The notes below the pieces were generated by a model. It did not search any database. It saw nothing but the letters and a program-made list of their open reading frames with translations, and was not told where the DNA came from. From Nitrososphaerota archaeon (lineage in GTDB: Archaea; Thermoproteota; EX4484-205; JAAOZP01), in contig JAAOZP010000014.1 of NCBI GenBank assembly GCA_011605725.1, positions 76,141 to 140,140 on the forward strand: a stretch of DNA of 64,000 bases, read 5' to 3'. Position numbers and translations under genes: made by a program. Of the stretch, positions 40,528 to 50,416 are shown in pieces (the stretch's first letter is position 1; each line of letters starts with the position of its first letter).

Positions 40528-41400
40528 TCACACAGGCAAGCCTGCTTCAACCCAGACTTTTTTCAAGGCTTCACCCGTTGTTTTCACAGCCTCCTCTGGG
40601 CTCAGCCTACTAACCTTCTCGCTGAACGGTTCAGGAGTAACCGGGCCGTCGTAACCAATGTTTTTCAAAGCCTTCAGAAAACCAGTCAGGTTGATTACAC
40701 CCGTCTCGCCGGGTAGACACCTAACGTTGTCGAGAAGCCTGTCTAAAGACACGTTTACAGGAGCATCGTTAACATGCACGTAGACAACATCCCTTCCTCT
40801 AAGCCTCAAAACATCATCGATAGACCCACGGGAAGCATACCAGTGCCAACTGTCCAGAAGGACGCCGACATTCCCGTATTCCAGGGCTCTGCACAGGCTC
40901 ATTATCCCGTTTAAATCATGGATGAAAACATGCTTACGGTTTACACGGAGCGACTCGGTGCCGATGAACTCCAGCCCAAGCATGCAGCCGTTGTCAGACA
41001 GGACTCTGGCTATTGGCTTAAGCCTGGAAACATGCCAATTAAAATTGTCTTCAAAAGGCTTATCGTCGGAGAAAGGCATTATGAAAGTGAAAGCCCTGGG
41101 ACAGCCTATTTCAGCAGCCAGGGAAGCCAACCGGCTGAGACTCGTTAAACCCTTCTCGTAAACATTCTCTTCCCCACGCCAGTCGAAAGGCAGACCCCAG
41201 CCCCCGGGCCTTACCCCTGCTTTTTCAAACAGGCTTTTCACATAGCTCAACGACTTTTCGCCGACCAGCCTAGAGACCTCGCCCATATCCACTTCAACAC
41301 CCTGAAAACCCCCTGTCTTAGCCAGCGTAATGTTTTCAGCCAGAGGCTTCTGAACACCTATGGCTCCAGGACTCAGATTCCTAAACATGTTTCCACACAT
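40528..41400 (-). CDS. Sugar phosphate isomerase/epimerase (xylose-isomerase-like TIM barrel)
   Basis: LGLEF, LLDSWH, HVND, PG.G, GYDG...E. Confidence 0.88.
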   Translation of the reverse strand: MCGNMFRNLSPGAIGVQKPLAENITLAKTGGFQGVEVDMGEVSRLVGEKSLSYVKSLFEKAGVRPGGWGLPFDWRGEENVYEKGLTSLSRLASLAAEIGCPRAFTFIMPFSDDKPFEDNFNWHVSRLKPIARVLSDNGCMLGLEFIGTESLRVNRKHVFIHDLNGIMSLCRALEYGNVGVLLDSWHWYASRGSIDDVLRLRGRDVVYVHVNDAPVNVSLDRLLDNVRCLPGETGVINLTGFLKALKNIGYDGPVTPEPFSEKVSRLSPEEAVKTTGEALKKVWVEAGLPV

Positions 41401-41446
41401 GTTTCCAATCTTAAAAACTTTAAGCCGGCGGGGAAAAAATAAAACG

Positions 41447-42457
41447 TTAATCTATTCGAATCCTTCCTCCTTTTCGAATGCTTTCAACAATCGCGTCGAG
41501 AGTTTTCAAAGCATAGTAAGCATCCTCAGCATCAGCATGAGGATGATCCCCTGAAGCAACGCTTTGCGCAAATACTTCAAGCTCCTCAACATAACCGGGA
41601 CGGGAAACACCCCGGTAATGACTCCCATGCTCGAAAACCAGAGTCTGAACAGCAGAAGGATCCGTAGGCTCAATCCACCCCTTCTTGCCGGCATACCGCA
41701 TTCTCTTAAACTGCTCAGCCTCCGCCCAGCCGCCGGTCCCCTGAACACCAACACGCTCGTAGAACACGGGTGAGCAGCCTCCGAGCGTGAACGAGCCCAC
41801 GGCTCCTGAGGCAAACCTAAGGGAAGCCGAGACAGCGAGCTTCCTACCCTCCTCCGCAACGCCCCAAGCCTCAGCCTCGATCACCCTTCCTCCGAGAAAC
41901 TGGAGGCAGTCCATAGGGTGTATAGCCTGGTTAAGCATGAACCCCCATTCGAAAGAAAGCCCCCAGGCTCCACGCGTATCCGGCGCAAGGTAAGTGGCTT
42001 CTAAACGGAAAACCTCGCCGAAAACCTCCTTTTCAGAAAGCGTTTTAAGAGCCCTGTGAACAGGCATGTGTCGCCAATGTGTCCCAACCATGCAGATCCT
42101 TCCAGAAGCCTTCATCGCCTCCATAAGCCTCTTAGCACCGTCCAAGGTTAAAGACGGAGGCTTCTCGACGAAAACATGCAGACCCTTCTTCAAACAATAG
42201 ACACCGGCTTCCTCATGCAGCTGGGGAGGGCCTACGATTATGACGGCGTCAGGAGACTCCTCGTCAACCATTTCAACATAGTCAGTATACCATTTCCTGG
42301 CGCCGAACCGCCGAGTAGCCTCCATAGCCTTCTCCCCTACTAGGTCGCAGGCAGCAGTATAGTTGAACAACGGTATGAGGGAGACAGCGGGTTGAAGACT
42401 CTCCGTAGAATGGTGGCCGCAGCCTATGAAGCAGACGCGAACCCTGGTTTCAGCCAT
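41447..42457 (-). CDS. Gfo/Idh/MocA oxidoreductase
   Basis: FIGCG, HVFVEKP, IHPMD. Confidence 0.9.
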   Translation of the reverse strand: MAETRVRVCFIGCGHHSTESLQPAVSLIPLFNYTAACDLVGEKAMEATRRFGARKWYTDYVEMVDEESPDAVIIVGPPQLHEEAGVYCLKKGLHVFVEKPPSLTLDGAKRLMEAMKASGRICMVGTHWRHMPVHRALKTLSEKEVFGEVFRLEATYLAPDTRGAWGLSFEWGFMLNQAIHPMDCLQFLGGRVIEAEAWGVAEEGRKLAVSASLRFASGAVGSFTLGGCSPVFYERVGVQGTGGWAEAEQFKRMRYAGKKGWIEPTDPSAVQTLVFEHGSHYRGVSRPGYVEELEVFAQSVASGDHPHADAEDAYYALKTLDAIVESIRKGGRIRID

Positions 42458-42659
42458 ACTTGGAAACCCCTGGTGGAAAAACAATGGGAGAAGCATTTAA
42501 GCATTAACGTGCGTGCTACGACTAGTATAGGACACCGGTCTTAATCCTGACGCGCGCTACCTTTGCTTCTAGTAGAATTCTTAAGAGCTTTAGAATCGGC
42601 TGCTGACGAGTGTGAAAACACCGCTGACTTCCTAAGAATAATGTCGTAAGCACATTCCA

Positions 42660-42898
42660 CTAGAACACGGAAACAAGTGAATAAATAGTTGCACAGATAA
42701 GCATCGTAATGAGAAAAGTAGTAACCCACGCGTAAATGATTTTCCTTATTTTCCCAATATTCACCCAAACTCTCCTGGTCAACCCGACCCCTGTGACGGC
42801 CCCGATGAGGATGTGAGACGCCGATAAGGGAATTCTCAGTAACGTTCCGGCCATGAGGATTAGCATGACGGAAACCTGTGCGGAGAGGGCTGCTACAG
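42660..42898 (-). pseudogene. 3' fragment of a PiT-family phosphate transporter
   Basis: PVAALSAQ...IPLSASHILIGAVTGVG...IIYAWVTT matches the PiT C-terminal motif; no 5' part present. Confidence 0.75.
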
Positions 42899-42968
42899 GC
42901 GCGCGCGCCGCAGGCCACTGTTAAAAAATATTAATCCAGCTGGCAACGGTTTCTAAAGGCTTCCAGAA

Positions 42969-43409
42969 ATGGGGGAAGAGAGTGTAGAGCATACTGCGGA
43001 TGGACGCGCCGAGGTCCGCTTCATAGGCTTCGTCGAGAGCGTTGAAAAGGATTGGGCGAAAATAAGGATCTACCCTGAGTACTGCAGCGGGCTTAAAGGC
43101 ATAGAGGAGTTTTCACACCTGATAGTGCTCTACTGGCTCCACCTTTGCGGCGAGAAGGAGAGGCGAACCATGCTTGTATACCCGAGGAAGCATACGGTTA
43201 ACGTGTTAACCGGGGTCTTCGCCTGCAGGAGCCCAGCCCGCCCAAACCCGGTTGGGCTATGTGTCGTCGAACTCTTGGAAAAGAAGGGGAACACTCTGGT
43301 GGTTAAAGGGCTGGATGCTTTTGAAAAATCTCCGGTGATCGACATAAAACCCTATGTTCCGAAAACGGACTCTGTTGAGAAGGCGCAGACACCCGAGTGG
43401 GCACGCTAG
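42969..43409 (+). CDS. tsaA: tRNA m6t6A37 methyltransferase TrmO/TsaA family
   Basis: GVFACRSPARPNPVG, PVIDIKPY. Confidence 0.9.
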   Translation: MGEESVEHTADGRAEVRFIGFVESVEKDWAKIRIYPEYCSGLKGIEEFSHLIVLYWLHLCGEKERRTMLVYPRKHTVNVLTGVFACRSPARPNPVGLCVVELLEKKGNTLVVKGLDAFEKSPVIDIKPYVPKTDSVEKAQTPEWAR

Positions 43410-43447
43410 AGTGAAACAGGTTAATAGTAGGGTTCAGCAGCCCCGCT

Positions 43448-44143
43448 TTAACGGGTTTTCCCAGACCAGTGTTTCCTCTGTTTAAGCAGCCACTTGTAGA
43501 GCCTAGGGTTATCGTAGGTGACTGTCCAAGAGTCGTGACCCAGGTCGGGGTAAATCGTGAGCCTCACTTTCCCACCGATCTTCTTAAGAGCCTCATAAAG
43601 CTGCTTCGAATTGTCAACGGGCACAAGCTCATCCTTAGCCCCGTGGAAAATCCAGATGGGAATATCTTTCAAAGCCCTGATCCTCTCTTGAAACTTGTCG
43701 TCGGGAAACATGCCTCCGCAAATCGGGACGACGGCGGCGAAGAGCTCAGGATAAGTGGAGGCCAGGTGCCAGGCTCCGAAACCACCCATGCTCAGCCCAG
43801 TCAGGTAGATGCGCGTCTCGTCGATACGGTAGCGTTTCAAAGCATCCAGCAGCAGGTCGCGAAGCTCATCCACCATCATCGGCCACATTGAGTACGACGG
43901 GCACTGCGGCGAAATAGCTATGAAAGGAAAGCTTCTCTTCTTCTCAACGATCTTCGGAATCCCATGCTTCTTGACGAGCTCAAGATTATCACCCCTCTCA
44001 CCCATTCCATGCAGGAAAAGGATGGCGGGCCACTTGACACTAGGCTTCCTGTCATAGTCCTTAGGAAGATAGAGCAAGTATTTGATGGAAACCTTCTTCA
44101 CAACCTCTTCTTCAAACACCTGTGGAGTCTGACTCATAAACAT
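43448..44143 (-). CDS. Alpha/beta hydrolase (predicted peptidase/esterase)
   Basis: FLHGMGE, GLSMGG, FHGAKD, GHDSW catalytic triad motifs. Confidence 0.88.
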   Translation of the reverse strand: MFMSQTPQVFEEEVVKKVSIKYLLYLPKDYDRKPSVKWPAILFLHGMGERGDNLELVKKHGIPKIVEKKRSFPFIAISPQCPSYSMWPMMVDELRDLLLDALKRYRIDETRIYLTGLSMGGFGAWHLASTYPELFAAVVPICGGMFPDDKFQERIRALKDIPIWIFHGAKDELVPVDNSKQLYEALKKIGGKVRLTIYPDLGHDSWTVTYDNPRLYKWLLKQRKHWSGKTR

Positions 44144-44232
44144 CTGTCGCGAGCCGGATTTATATAAACATAGGGTTTTGAGAAACCGGACTCTACGCTT
44201 AAGCGCACGCTTAGGGTGGCGTAAGCCTCCTT

Positions 44233-44595
44233 TCACCGGGCGCGTCCAAAATACTTCTCCACCGGGTATTTCTCCTCGTTCTTCTCAAGCTTTCTGAACA
44301 CGGCTTCAGACACATCTATGCCTAGAGCATTAGCCATGCTTAAGCAGTAGATTAAAACATCTGCCAACTCTTCTCTAATCCTCTCCATCTTCGAAGCGTC
44401 ATTCCCCCAGGATGAAGCCTCTTCAACTGTGGACCACTGGAAGACTTCGAGAAGCTCCGCAGCCTCGACGCATACTGCTTCAGCAAGATCCTTAGGATTA
44501 TGATACTTCTCCCAGCCTCTTCTAGAGACGAAGGCTTTAACACTGTTTTTCAAATCTTGAAGCGTCGCTTCAGAATCCGTCTTCCTTTCTTCCAA
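44233..44595 (-). CDS. MazG-like nucleotide pyrophosphohydrolase
   Basis: YHNPKDL, EAAELLE, EELAD. Confidence 0.9.
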   Translation of the reverse strand: MEERKTDSEATLQDLKNSVKAFVSRRGWEKYHNPKDLAEAVCVEAAELLEVFQWSTVEEASSWGNDASKMERIREELADVLIYCLSMANALGIDVSEAVFRKLEKNEEKYPVEKYFGRAR

Positions 44596-44864
44596 ACCGG
44601 AGAATAGCCGTCAGCCCCGCATATAAGCTGTTCGCCGAGAACTTTTAGACTGAAACCCGGTGCTTTGGGAACCATGCTTCTAAGGCTGCAAGACGCTGGG
44701 TTTCACCCTCCTGCTCTTAAATCTTCCCTTCTCAACCTGTTTTCCCCCAGCAAGATGAAAAACTCTAATCAAAGCATAACTAGCCCTAGGTTTCTCCATC
44801 CATGACGCTCGTCGAAAGGGTTAACGCGAATTAGGTTTAACTTAATATAGTTCCTTTAAACGGA

Positions 44865-46403
44865 GTGAACAGTATGGTGGAGGCTAAGGAACAGGAAAAG
44901 TTTGAAATCTATTCGACAAGCATCTGCCCCGTCTGTCAAAGAAGGATTCCTATGAGGATCTATGAGGAAGACGGAGTTATTTATCTCGAGAAGACTTGCC
45001 CCGAGCATAAAGAGTTTGAAGACGTCTACTGGGGAGACGCTGAACTCTATAAATGGTTCTTCAAAAACTGGTATACAGCCAGATACGTGGGCGATGGGTT
45101 GGAGAATCCGCATACAGGAATTATGAAAGGCTGCCCGTATGATTGCGGCTTATGTCCTCAACATAAAACCCATACTGTTCTCGGAATAATTGATGTTACG
45201 AACAGGTGTAACATGGCTTGTCCAATCTGTTTTGCGTACGCTGGAGCCTCAAACTATGTTTACGAGCCGTCGTACAGTCAAATAGTCGAGATGATTAGAA
45301 ACCTTACTAGCAATAAACCTTGGGCTTGCAATTCTTTACAGTTTAGCGGGGGCGAACCCACGTTGAGAAACGACCTGCCGGACCTGATAAGGGAAGCTAA
45401 GAAAGCAGGCATAAGGCATGTTGAAGTAAACAGCAACGGGCTCCGCCTGGCTGAAGACAAAGAATACTTCAGAACGCTGAAAAAAGCCGGAATGGACACG
45501 CTCTACCTCCAGTTTGACGGTTTGAGAGAGGAACCATGTAGGAAACTAAGGGGTAGAACGGATCTAGTTCCAATCAAGGAGAAGGTTATTGAAAACGCGA
45601 GGGAAATCGGTTTGAAATCCATAGTTTTGGTCGTAACCCTGGCGAAGAACGTGAATGATAAGGATTTAGGCAGCATAATTAACTACGCGGTTAAGAACAG
45701 GGATGTTGTCAGATGCGTTAATATTCAGCCGATTTCTATGGCTGGAAGAGCTAGGAAAGAAGAAATGAGGGAAATGCGCATCACCATACCTGACGCTATT
45801 AAACTTATAGAGGAGCAGACTCAGGGAGCAATCACCCGCTGGGACTGGAGGCCTGTCAACTGGCCTGTTCCAGTCTCTAAGGGGATGGAGATTCTGAAGA
45901 GCAGAACATATCCGGAGTTCACTATGCACCCGATGTGCGGCGCCGCCACTTTCATAGTTGTGGAGGACGACGGCTCCTACAAGCCTATAACGAAAATTAT
46001 TGACGTAGATAAATTCGCAAACACGTTCTGGGAAGTATACTATGCGGGTATCAGAGGGGAGAAGACGCTGGCTAAAACCAAGCTTCTAAACCTATTATCT
46101 CTAGCGAAATCAGACCTTATTCGAGGCTTGGTTAAGAATGTTGTGACTAAGGGTAGTTATGAAGCCTTAGGTGAACTCATGTATAAGATGGTGATGATAG
46201 GAATAATGCACTTCCAAGACGTTTGGAACATGGATCTGGACAGAGTGCAGAAATGCGCGATCCACTATGCTACTCCAGATGGGAAAATCAGATCCTTCTG
46301 CACGTATAACAGTCTGCACAGAAACGATGTTGAAAAACAGTTTGCAGTTTCAATCAGCGAATGGACAAGCAAAACCGGGAGAAAAGTTAATGAGCCAGTA
46401 TAA
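44865..46403 (+). CDS. tes: Tetraether lipid synthase (radical SAM, Tes/MJ0619 family)
   Basis: CPVC...CPEH, GCPYDCGLC..H, CNMACPIC, C-terminal C.IHYATPDG...FC.YN. Confidence 0.85.
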   Translation: MNSMVEAKEQEKFEIYSTSICPVCQRRIPMRIYEEDGVIYLEKTCPEHKEFEDVYWGDAELYKWFFKNWYTARYVGDGLENPHTGIMKGCPYDCGLCPQHKTHTVLGIIDVTNRCNMACPICFAYAGASNYVYEPSYSQIVEMIRNLTSNKPWACNSLQFSGGEPTLRNDLPDLIREAKKAGIRHVEVNSNGLRLAEDKEYFRTLKKAGMDTLYLQFDGLREEPCRKLRGRTDLVPIKEKVIENAREIGLKSIVLVVTLAKNVNDKDLGSIINYAVKNRDVVRCVNIQPISMAGRARKEEMREMRITIPDAIKLIEEQTQGAITRWDWRPVNWPVPVSKGMEILKSRTYPEFTMHPMCGAATFIVVEDDGSYKPITKIIDVDKFANTFWEVYYAGIRGEKTLAKTKLLNLLSLAKSDLIRGLVKNVVTKGSYEALGELMYKMVMIGIMHFQDVWNMDLDRVQKCAIHYATPDGKIRSFCTYNSLHRNDVEKQFAVSISEWTSKTGRKVNEPV

Positions 46404-46533
46404 GCATACGCGTGTTTCCCCCAGACGGGTGTGCAGCAATTAAGAATCCAGGGTGCGCGCTAAATCCGTTTTGCAACGAGAGAAAAATAACACGGCCGCA
46501 TTAAACAATTCCAGAGCCTCCCCGCCGCGTATC

Positions 46534-46923
46534 CTATTTAATCTCCTTCCACTCCTTCATTATCTCCTTATCATAAGTGAAGACTGGAAGCCTCCTTGCT
46601 CTTGCAACTGAAACTATAAGTTTATCGTTAAACCTTTTGAAAGAAATATTTTCCTTCGAAATAATATTGATGGAATCTAGGAAGTTTTGTCTTGTAATGG
46701 GGACGATCTCCGCTTTCTCATCGTGAAGAATCTCCAGCATTTTTCTCACGATGAAGCCTTTCTCCACTTTTAGCTGTAACAGGACTATTGCAAACTCCTC
46801 CAGTACAACCGTCGGTATAACCCATTTTTTCAGGGTGGAAAGCTTTTCTCTAGCGTCTTCATGGAAAGCAGAATCTTCAATCGTGTCGTAAACCAAGACG
46901 TTCGTGTCTATTACGGCTTCCAT
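46534..46923 (-). CDS. vapC: VapC PIN-domain toxin
   Basis: VIDTNVL, E, ND, TYD. Confidence 0.88.
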   Translation of the reverse strand: MEAVIDTNVLVYDTIEDSAFHEDAREKLSTLKKWVIPTVVLEEFAIVLLQLKVEKGFIVRKMLEILHDEKAEIVPITRQNFLDSINIISKENISFKRFNDKLIVSVARARRLPVFTYDKEIMKEWKEIK

Positions 46924-47156
46924 CTCACTATCTCCTTCCAGCCTTCTTCAATAAGTTTCTCAACATCCTCCGGTTTAAGGTTTCTTCCGATTTTCAATTT
47001 AAGCCTCTCCTTTCTACGCATCCCTTGAGTAACCCCGCCCCCTAGCTTCTCATTTATAAGTTGAGAAAGCTTCTTTGTCGTCCCGTATTTTTCCAAAGCC
47101 TCCTGAACAAGCTTTTTGTAAAGTTCATCGTCTAGAATTATGGTCGTTTTCACCAT
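46911..47156 (-). CDS. VapB-type antitoxin
   Basis: MVKTTIILDDELY RHH-like start; overlaps vapC. Confidence 0.8.
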   Translation of the reverse strand: MVKTTIILDDELYKKLVQEALEKYGTTKKLSQLINEKLGGGVTQGMRRKERLKLKIGRNLKPEDVEKLIEEGWKEIVRWKP

Positions 47157-47483
47157 ACGGCATGCGTATCCCCTAGAAAACAATATATAAACTTTACGGT
47201 TATATGGTTTTATGGCCACCCGACAACATTGCTAGCACGTCTCAAGGCAGCGTTCAGCCTCAAGAGAACCAGGATGACTTTTCCTAACATCAAATTTCTG
47301 GGACGGATTAAGCCTCTTTGAAGAAATTAAGACGCAGGGTTATGCTAAGGTTGCTTGTTAAACACTTCAGCTGTAAGCATTATCCTTCCCAGGCGAAAAC
47401 TGTTTTATCCAGAGAAACTAATTATTTAAGACGATTGTTTCATGGGCATTTAAGAACGTTTATAAGCTTAGTAAGGCTGAGAA

Positions 47484-48374
47484 ATGATAAAGCTCGGCAT
47501 GAAGAGGATTGTAGCAGTGGCTAAGGGCGATGTTCAAAGAGTCGGCTACAGAGACGAGGTTGAGAAAGCCGCCAGAGAGCTGGGCCTGACGGGTTACGTT
47601 GAAAACGTGAAGCCCTACGACGTCAGGATCGTGGCTGAAGGCGATGAGGAGAAGCTGAAGCTGTTCATGGAACGCATAAAAATCCGGAAATACCCGATAT
47701 TCGTTGAAAACATCGAGGTGAGCTGGCAGGAGGCAACAGGAGAATTCAGCTTTTTCGAGATAAGGCGTGGCGAATGGACTGAAGAGCTTTTCGAAAGACT
47801 CGATACTGCTGGAAGACTTCTCTACAGGACTGTTGAGCTTGGAGAGAAAAGCGTTGAGCTCGGTGAAAAGAATGTTGCGCTCAGCGAGAAAGCCGTTAAG
47901 CTGGCGGAGAAGAACGTGGAGCTTGGAGAAAAGAACGTTAAGCTTACTGAAAAAGCTGTCAAGCTGGGTGAAAGGAATGTTGAGCTTACTGAGAAGGCTG
48001 TTGAGTTAAGCAAGAGGAACGTTGAGCTTACTGAAAAAGCTGTTGAGTTAAGCAAGAAGAATGTTGAGCTTACTGAGAAGGCTGTCAAGCTGGGTGAAAG
48101 GAATGTTGAGCTTGCCGAGAAGGCTGTTGAGCTGAGTGGGAAAAGCGTTGGGCTTGGAGAGAAAGCCGTAAACATAGGGGAGGAGACGCTTAGAGCGATA
48201 AGAGAGGAGTCTGAGAAGACGAGGAGTGTGATAAAGGATGAATCTGAAAAAACCAGGGAGGAGATAAGGCTGCTCAGAATCGACTTGAGAGAATACATAG
48301 AGGAAAGTTTAAAAGAGATCCGTGTTAAAATCCTTGAAATAGAGAATGCTTTGAGAAAAGCTGGAATAATGTAG
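47484..48374 (+). CDS. Acylphosphatase-like domain fused to a long heptad-repeat coiled coil
   Basis: GDVQRVGYR...GYVEN; V(E/K)L.EK(A/N) repeats. Confidence 0.85.
   Translation: MIKLGMKRIVAVAKGDVQRVGYRDEVEKAARELGLTGYVENVKPYDVRIVAEGDEEKLKLFMERIKIRKYPIFVENIEVSWQEATGEFSFFEIRRGEWTEELFERLDTAGRLLYRTVELGEKSVELGEKNVALSEKAVKLAEKNVELGEKNVKLTEKAVKLGERNVELTEKAVELSKRNVELTEKAVELSKKNVELTEKAVKLGERNVELAEKAVELSGKSVGLGEKAVNIGEETLRAIREESEKTRSVIKDESEKTREEIRLLRIDLREYIEESLKEIRVKILEIENALRKAGIM
47832..48188 (+). repeat. Coding 21-nt tandem repeat, about 17 degenerate units
   Basis: GTTGAGCTTACTGAGAAGGCT-like units. Confidence 0.85.
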
Positions 48375-48602
48375 CTATAAACCAGGACCAATGGTTTCTG
48401 CGCACACTTTAACGGTTTATGAACAAGCGTTCCTTGGTTTTCGAAACTATTTTTACGAATAAAAGCATCGACGGGGCCTCCCACAGGGGGCCGACCACGG
48501 TTGCGAGAGCCGCCCCAGAATTGACGCCGAATACGAGCGTGGCTGTTGCTATTGCAACTTCAAACTGGCTTCGGTGCGTTAAGATACATACCTAGGATTG
48601 TA

Positions 48603-48640
48603 GTATTACTTTTTCCATAAAAAGTAATAACACTTATATA
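48603..48640 (+). promoter_or_regulatory. Perfect inverted repeat (candidate NikR-type operator) abutting the TATA box
   Basis: TATTACTTTTT-CCAT-AAAAAGTAATA (48604-48629), then CTTATATA (48633-48640). Confidence 0.65.
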
Positions 48641-48670
48641 CGGCTTCTACGGAGCCGTCCGCGATAAAAA

Positions 48671-48985
48671 ATGTGGCTGATAGTCACATGGTGGGCAGCC
48701 ATAATGGCTACGATCGCGTATATCTTTACAAAGAATCCGGTGAACTATCGCTTGGACTGGCTTTGCCTGATGCTTTGGGGTCTAGCAATAATGGTTCTCG
48801 TAGATCATTCAATAGGATTTATAACGGAGGGGGGAGAATTCATAGAAATGACTACTGAAGGATATATTGAAAACGGGGCTCTACTCGGAGCAGTTATGCT
48901 GATACCCATATTCATAGTGTGGGAGATTGCAGTACTTGTTTCGAGGGCAAGAATAGCTGCTAGGGAAAACACGGAGGGGAGGTGA
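48671..48985 (+). CDS. Small membrane protein with WG-x7-DH motif
   Basis: Three TM segments; paralogous to the next gene. Confidence 0.75.
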   Translation: MWLIVTWWAAIMATIAYIFTKNPVNYRLDWLCLMLWGLAIMVLVDHSIGFITEGGEFIEMTTEGYIENGALLGAVMLIPIFIVWEIAVLVSRARIAARENTEGR

Positions 48986-48991
48986 ATAGCA

Positions 48992-49336
48992 GTGGCATGC
49001 TTTCTAGTACCCATGACTATCGCCATCATTACAAGCCTGTTGAGAAAACGTTGCCCGAAGGCTCTTAGAATAAACATTCTAAACCTATTTCTGTGGGGTG
49101 GTGCGCTAGGGCTTGCCCTTGAACACTTGGCGCATAAGGAAATCGTCCCGTATCCTCCGTTCCTGACAGCAGGCGTAGAACACGTGGTTCCTGAAATGCT
49201 TACCGTCGGCGTTCCGATGACGATGGCGGTTTCAGGAGTATGGGCTTTAATAATCTTGGTCGTAGAGAGGCCTTTAAGCAGGTTTTTCAGGCCGAGTAGA
49301 CTTGGAGCAATCGAGGTTCATCCGGCACAGAGATGA
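48992..49336 (+). CDS. Small membrane protein with WG-x7-EH motif
   Basis: GGAGGTGA SD; MACFLVP start; LEHLAH in a TM segment. Confidence 0.75.
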   Translation: MACFLVPMTIAIITSLLRKRCPKALRINILNLFLWGGALGLALEHLAHKEIVPYPPFLTAGVEHVVPEMLTVGVPMTMAVSGVWALIILVVERPLSRFFRPSRLGAIEVHPAQR

Positions 49337-49375
49337 AAGGCATGTAGAGAAATAGTTTTCTTTTTTCTCCATAGG

Positions 49376-50416
49376 CTATGGTGAAGACTTTAATAGCCAT
49401 TGGAAATCAGGCGCGCAACTTCTTTTTTCAACTCTTTCAGCAAGAGCGTGAACAACAATCGGTAGAGCAATCGTGGCGTCACAGTAGCATACGACATTCC
49501 TTCCTGTGGGAGACTCTTTTCCCCAGCTTATCGCCTCTTCAAAAGTCGCGCCTGATAATCCTCCCCACTGAGGACTGTCGGTAGTAAATTGAATAGCGTA
49601 TTTATGCGGACGATCCCTACCATTTACAAATTCTAGTGCAATAGCAATGAGCTGTATAAAATCCTTCGGCACTCCTCCCCCAATATATATTACTCCTGTC
49701 TCCTTGCTTTCAACACCTATCTTCACGATTTCCTCAAAATCCTTCATCTGATCCAAAATTATCTTTTTATTTTTCTTAAACCTGAGTATGATGTTAGCCA
49801 TCCCGTAGCCACTGTCTACAAGACCAGGGCTAAACACTGGCACACCGCTCCTATAGGCTGCGGCAACGATGCTGTTAATACCCTTTTTATTAAGGAATTC
49901 GCCGAAAAGATAAAGATATTCTCTCGAGGAATAGGCATAGTCAGGGTTAAGCGTTTCAGTAAACTCTCCTATGAGGCTCTCCATCTTCCTATACTCCATC
50001 TCGCTGGCGAAAACATCGTAAAACCTATCTATCCTATGCTTATAGAGTTCATGGTCGTCGACAAGATGACTCCCCTGCCAATAGCTAAAACCCATTGCTT
50101 CAAGAATATCCTCAGAAATGTTTGCCCCTGTTGAAACCAGCACATCTATAAACCTATTCTCAATAAGCCACCTTATTATTTTCCACTGTCCCGTAGTACT
50201 CATGGAACCCGCGAAGCCCATAAAGATCGTTAAATCCCTGTCCCTAAGCATCTCCTCCCATACTTGAGCCGCCTCACCTAGCTTTCTTCCCTGGAAACCC
50301 GTTTTCGCCATTTCCTGTAGAAGCCGCGAAATAGTCTTGCCCTTCTCAACTTCAATGGACTCAAGCTTCCTCTGGAAATAGGGATTAGCCAATTTCAAAA
50401 ACAGAACGCACACCAT
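49376..50416 (-). CDS. dhs: Deoxyhypusine synthase family protein
   Basis: TGFQG, STGAN, GGGVPKD, GGLSGA..EEAISWGK, DATIALP. Confidence 0.9.
   Translation of the reverse strand: MVCVLFLKLANPYFQRKLESIEVEKGKTISRLLQEMAKTGFQGRKLGEAAQVWEEMLRDRDLTIFMGFAGSMSTTGQWKIIRWLIENRFIDVLVSTGANISEDILEAMGFSYWQGSHLVDDHELYKHRIDRFYDVFASEMEYRKMESLIGEFTETLNPDYAYSSREYLYLFGEFLNKKGINSIVAAAYRSGVPVFSPGLVDSGYGMANIILRFKKNKKIILDQMKDFEEIVKIGVESKETGVIYIGGGVPKDFIQLIAIALEFVNGRDRPHKYAIQFTTDSPQWGGLSGATFEEAISWGKESPTGRNVVCYCDATIALPIVVHALAERVEKRSCAPDFQWLLKSSP

Noticed and set aside
47822-48484. 220-aa antisense ORF and other long shadow ORFs (e.g. 4792-5478, 18723-19265, 21112-21645)
   Set aside because: They lie opposite well-supported genes and are explained by codon bias or repeats.
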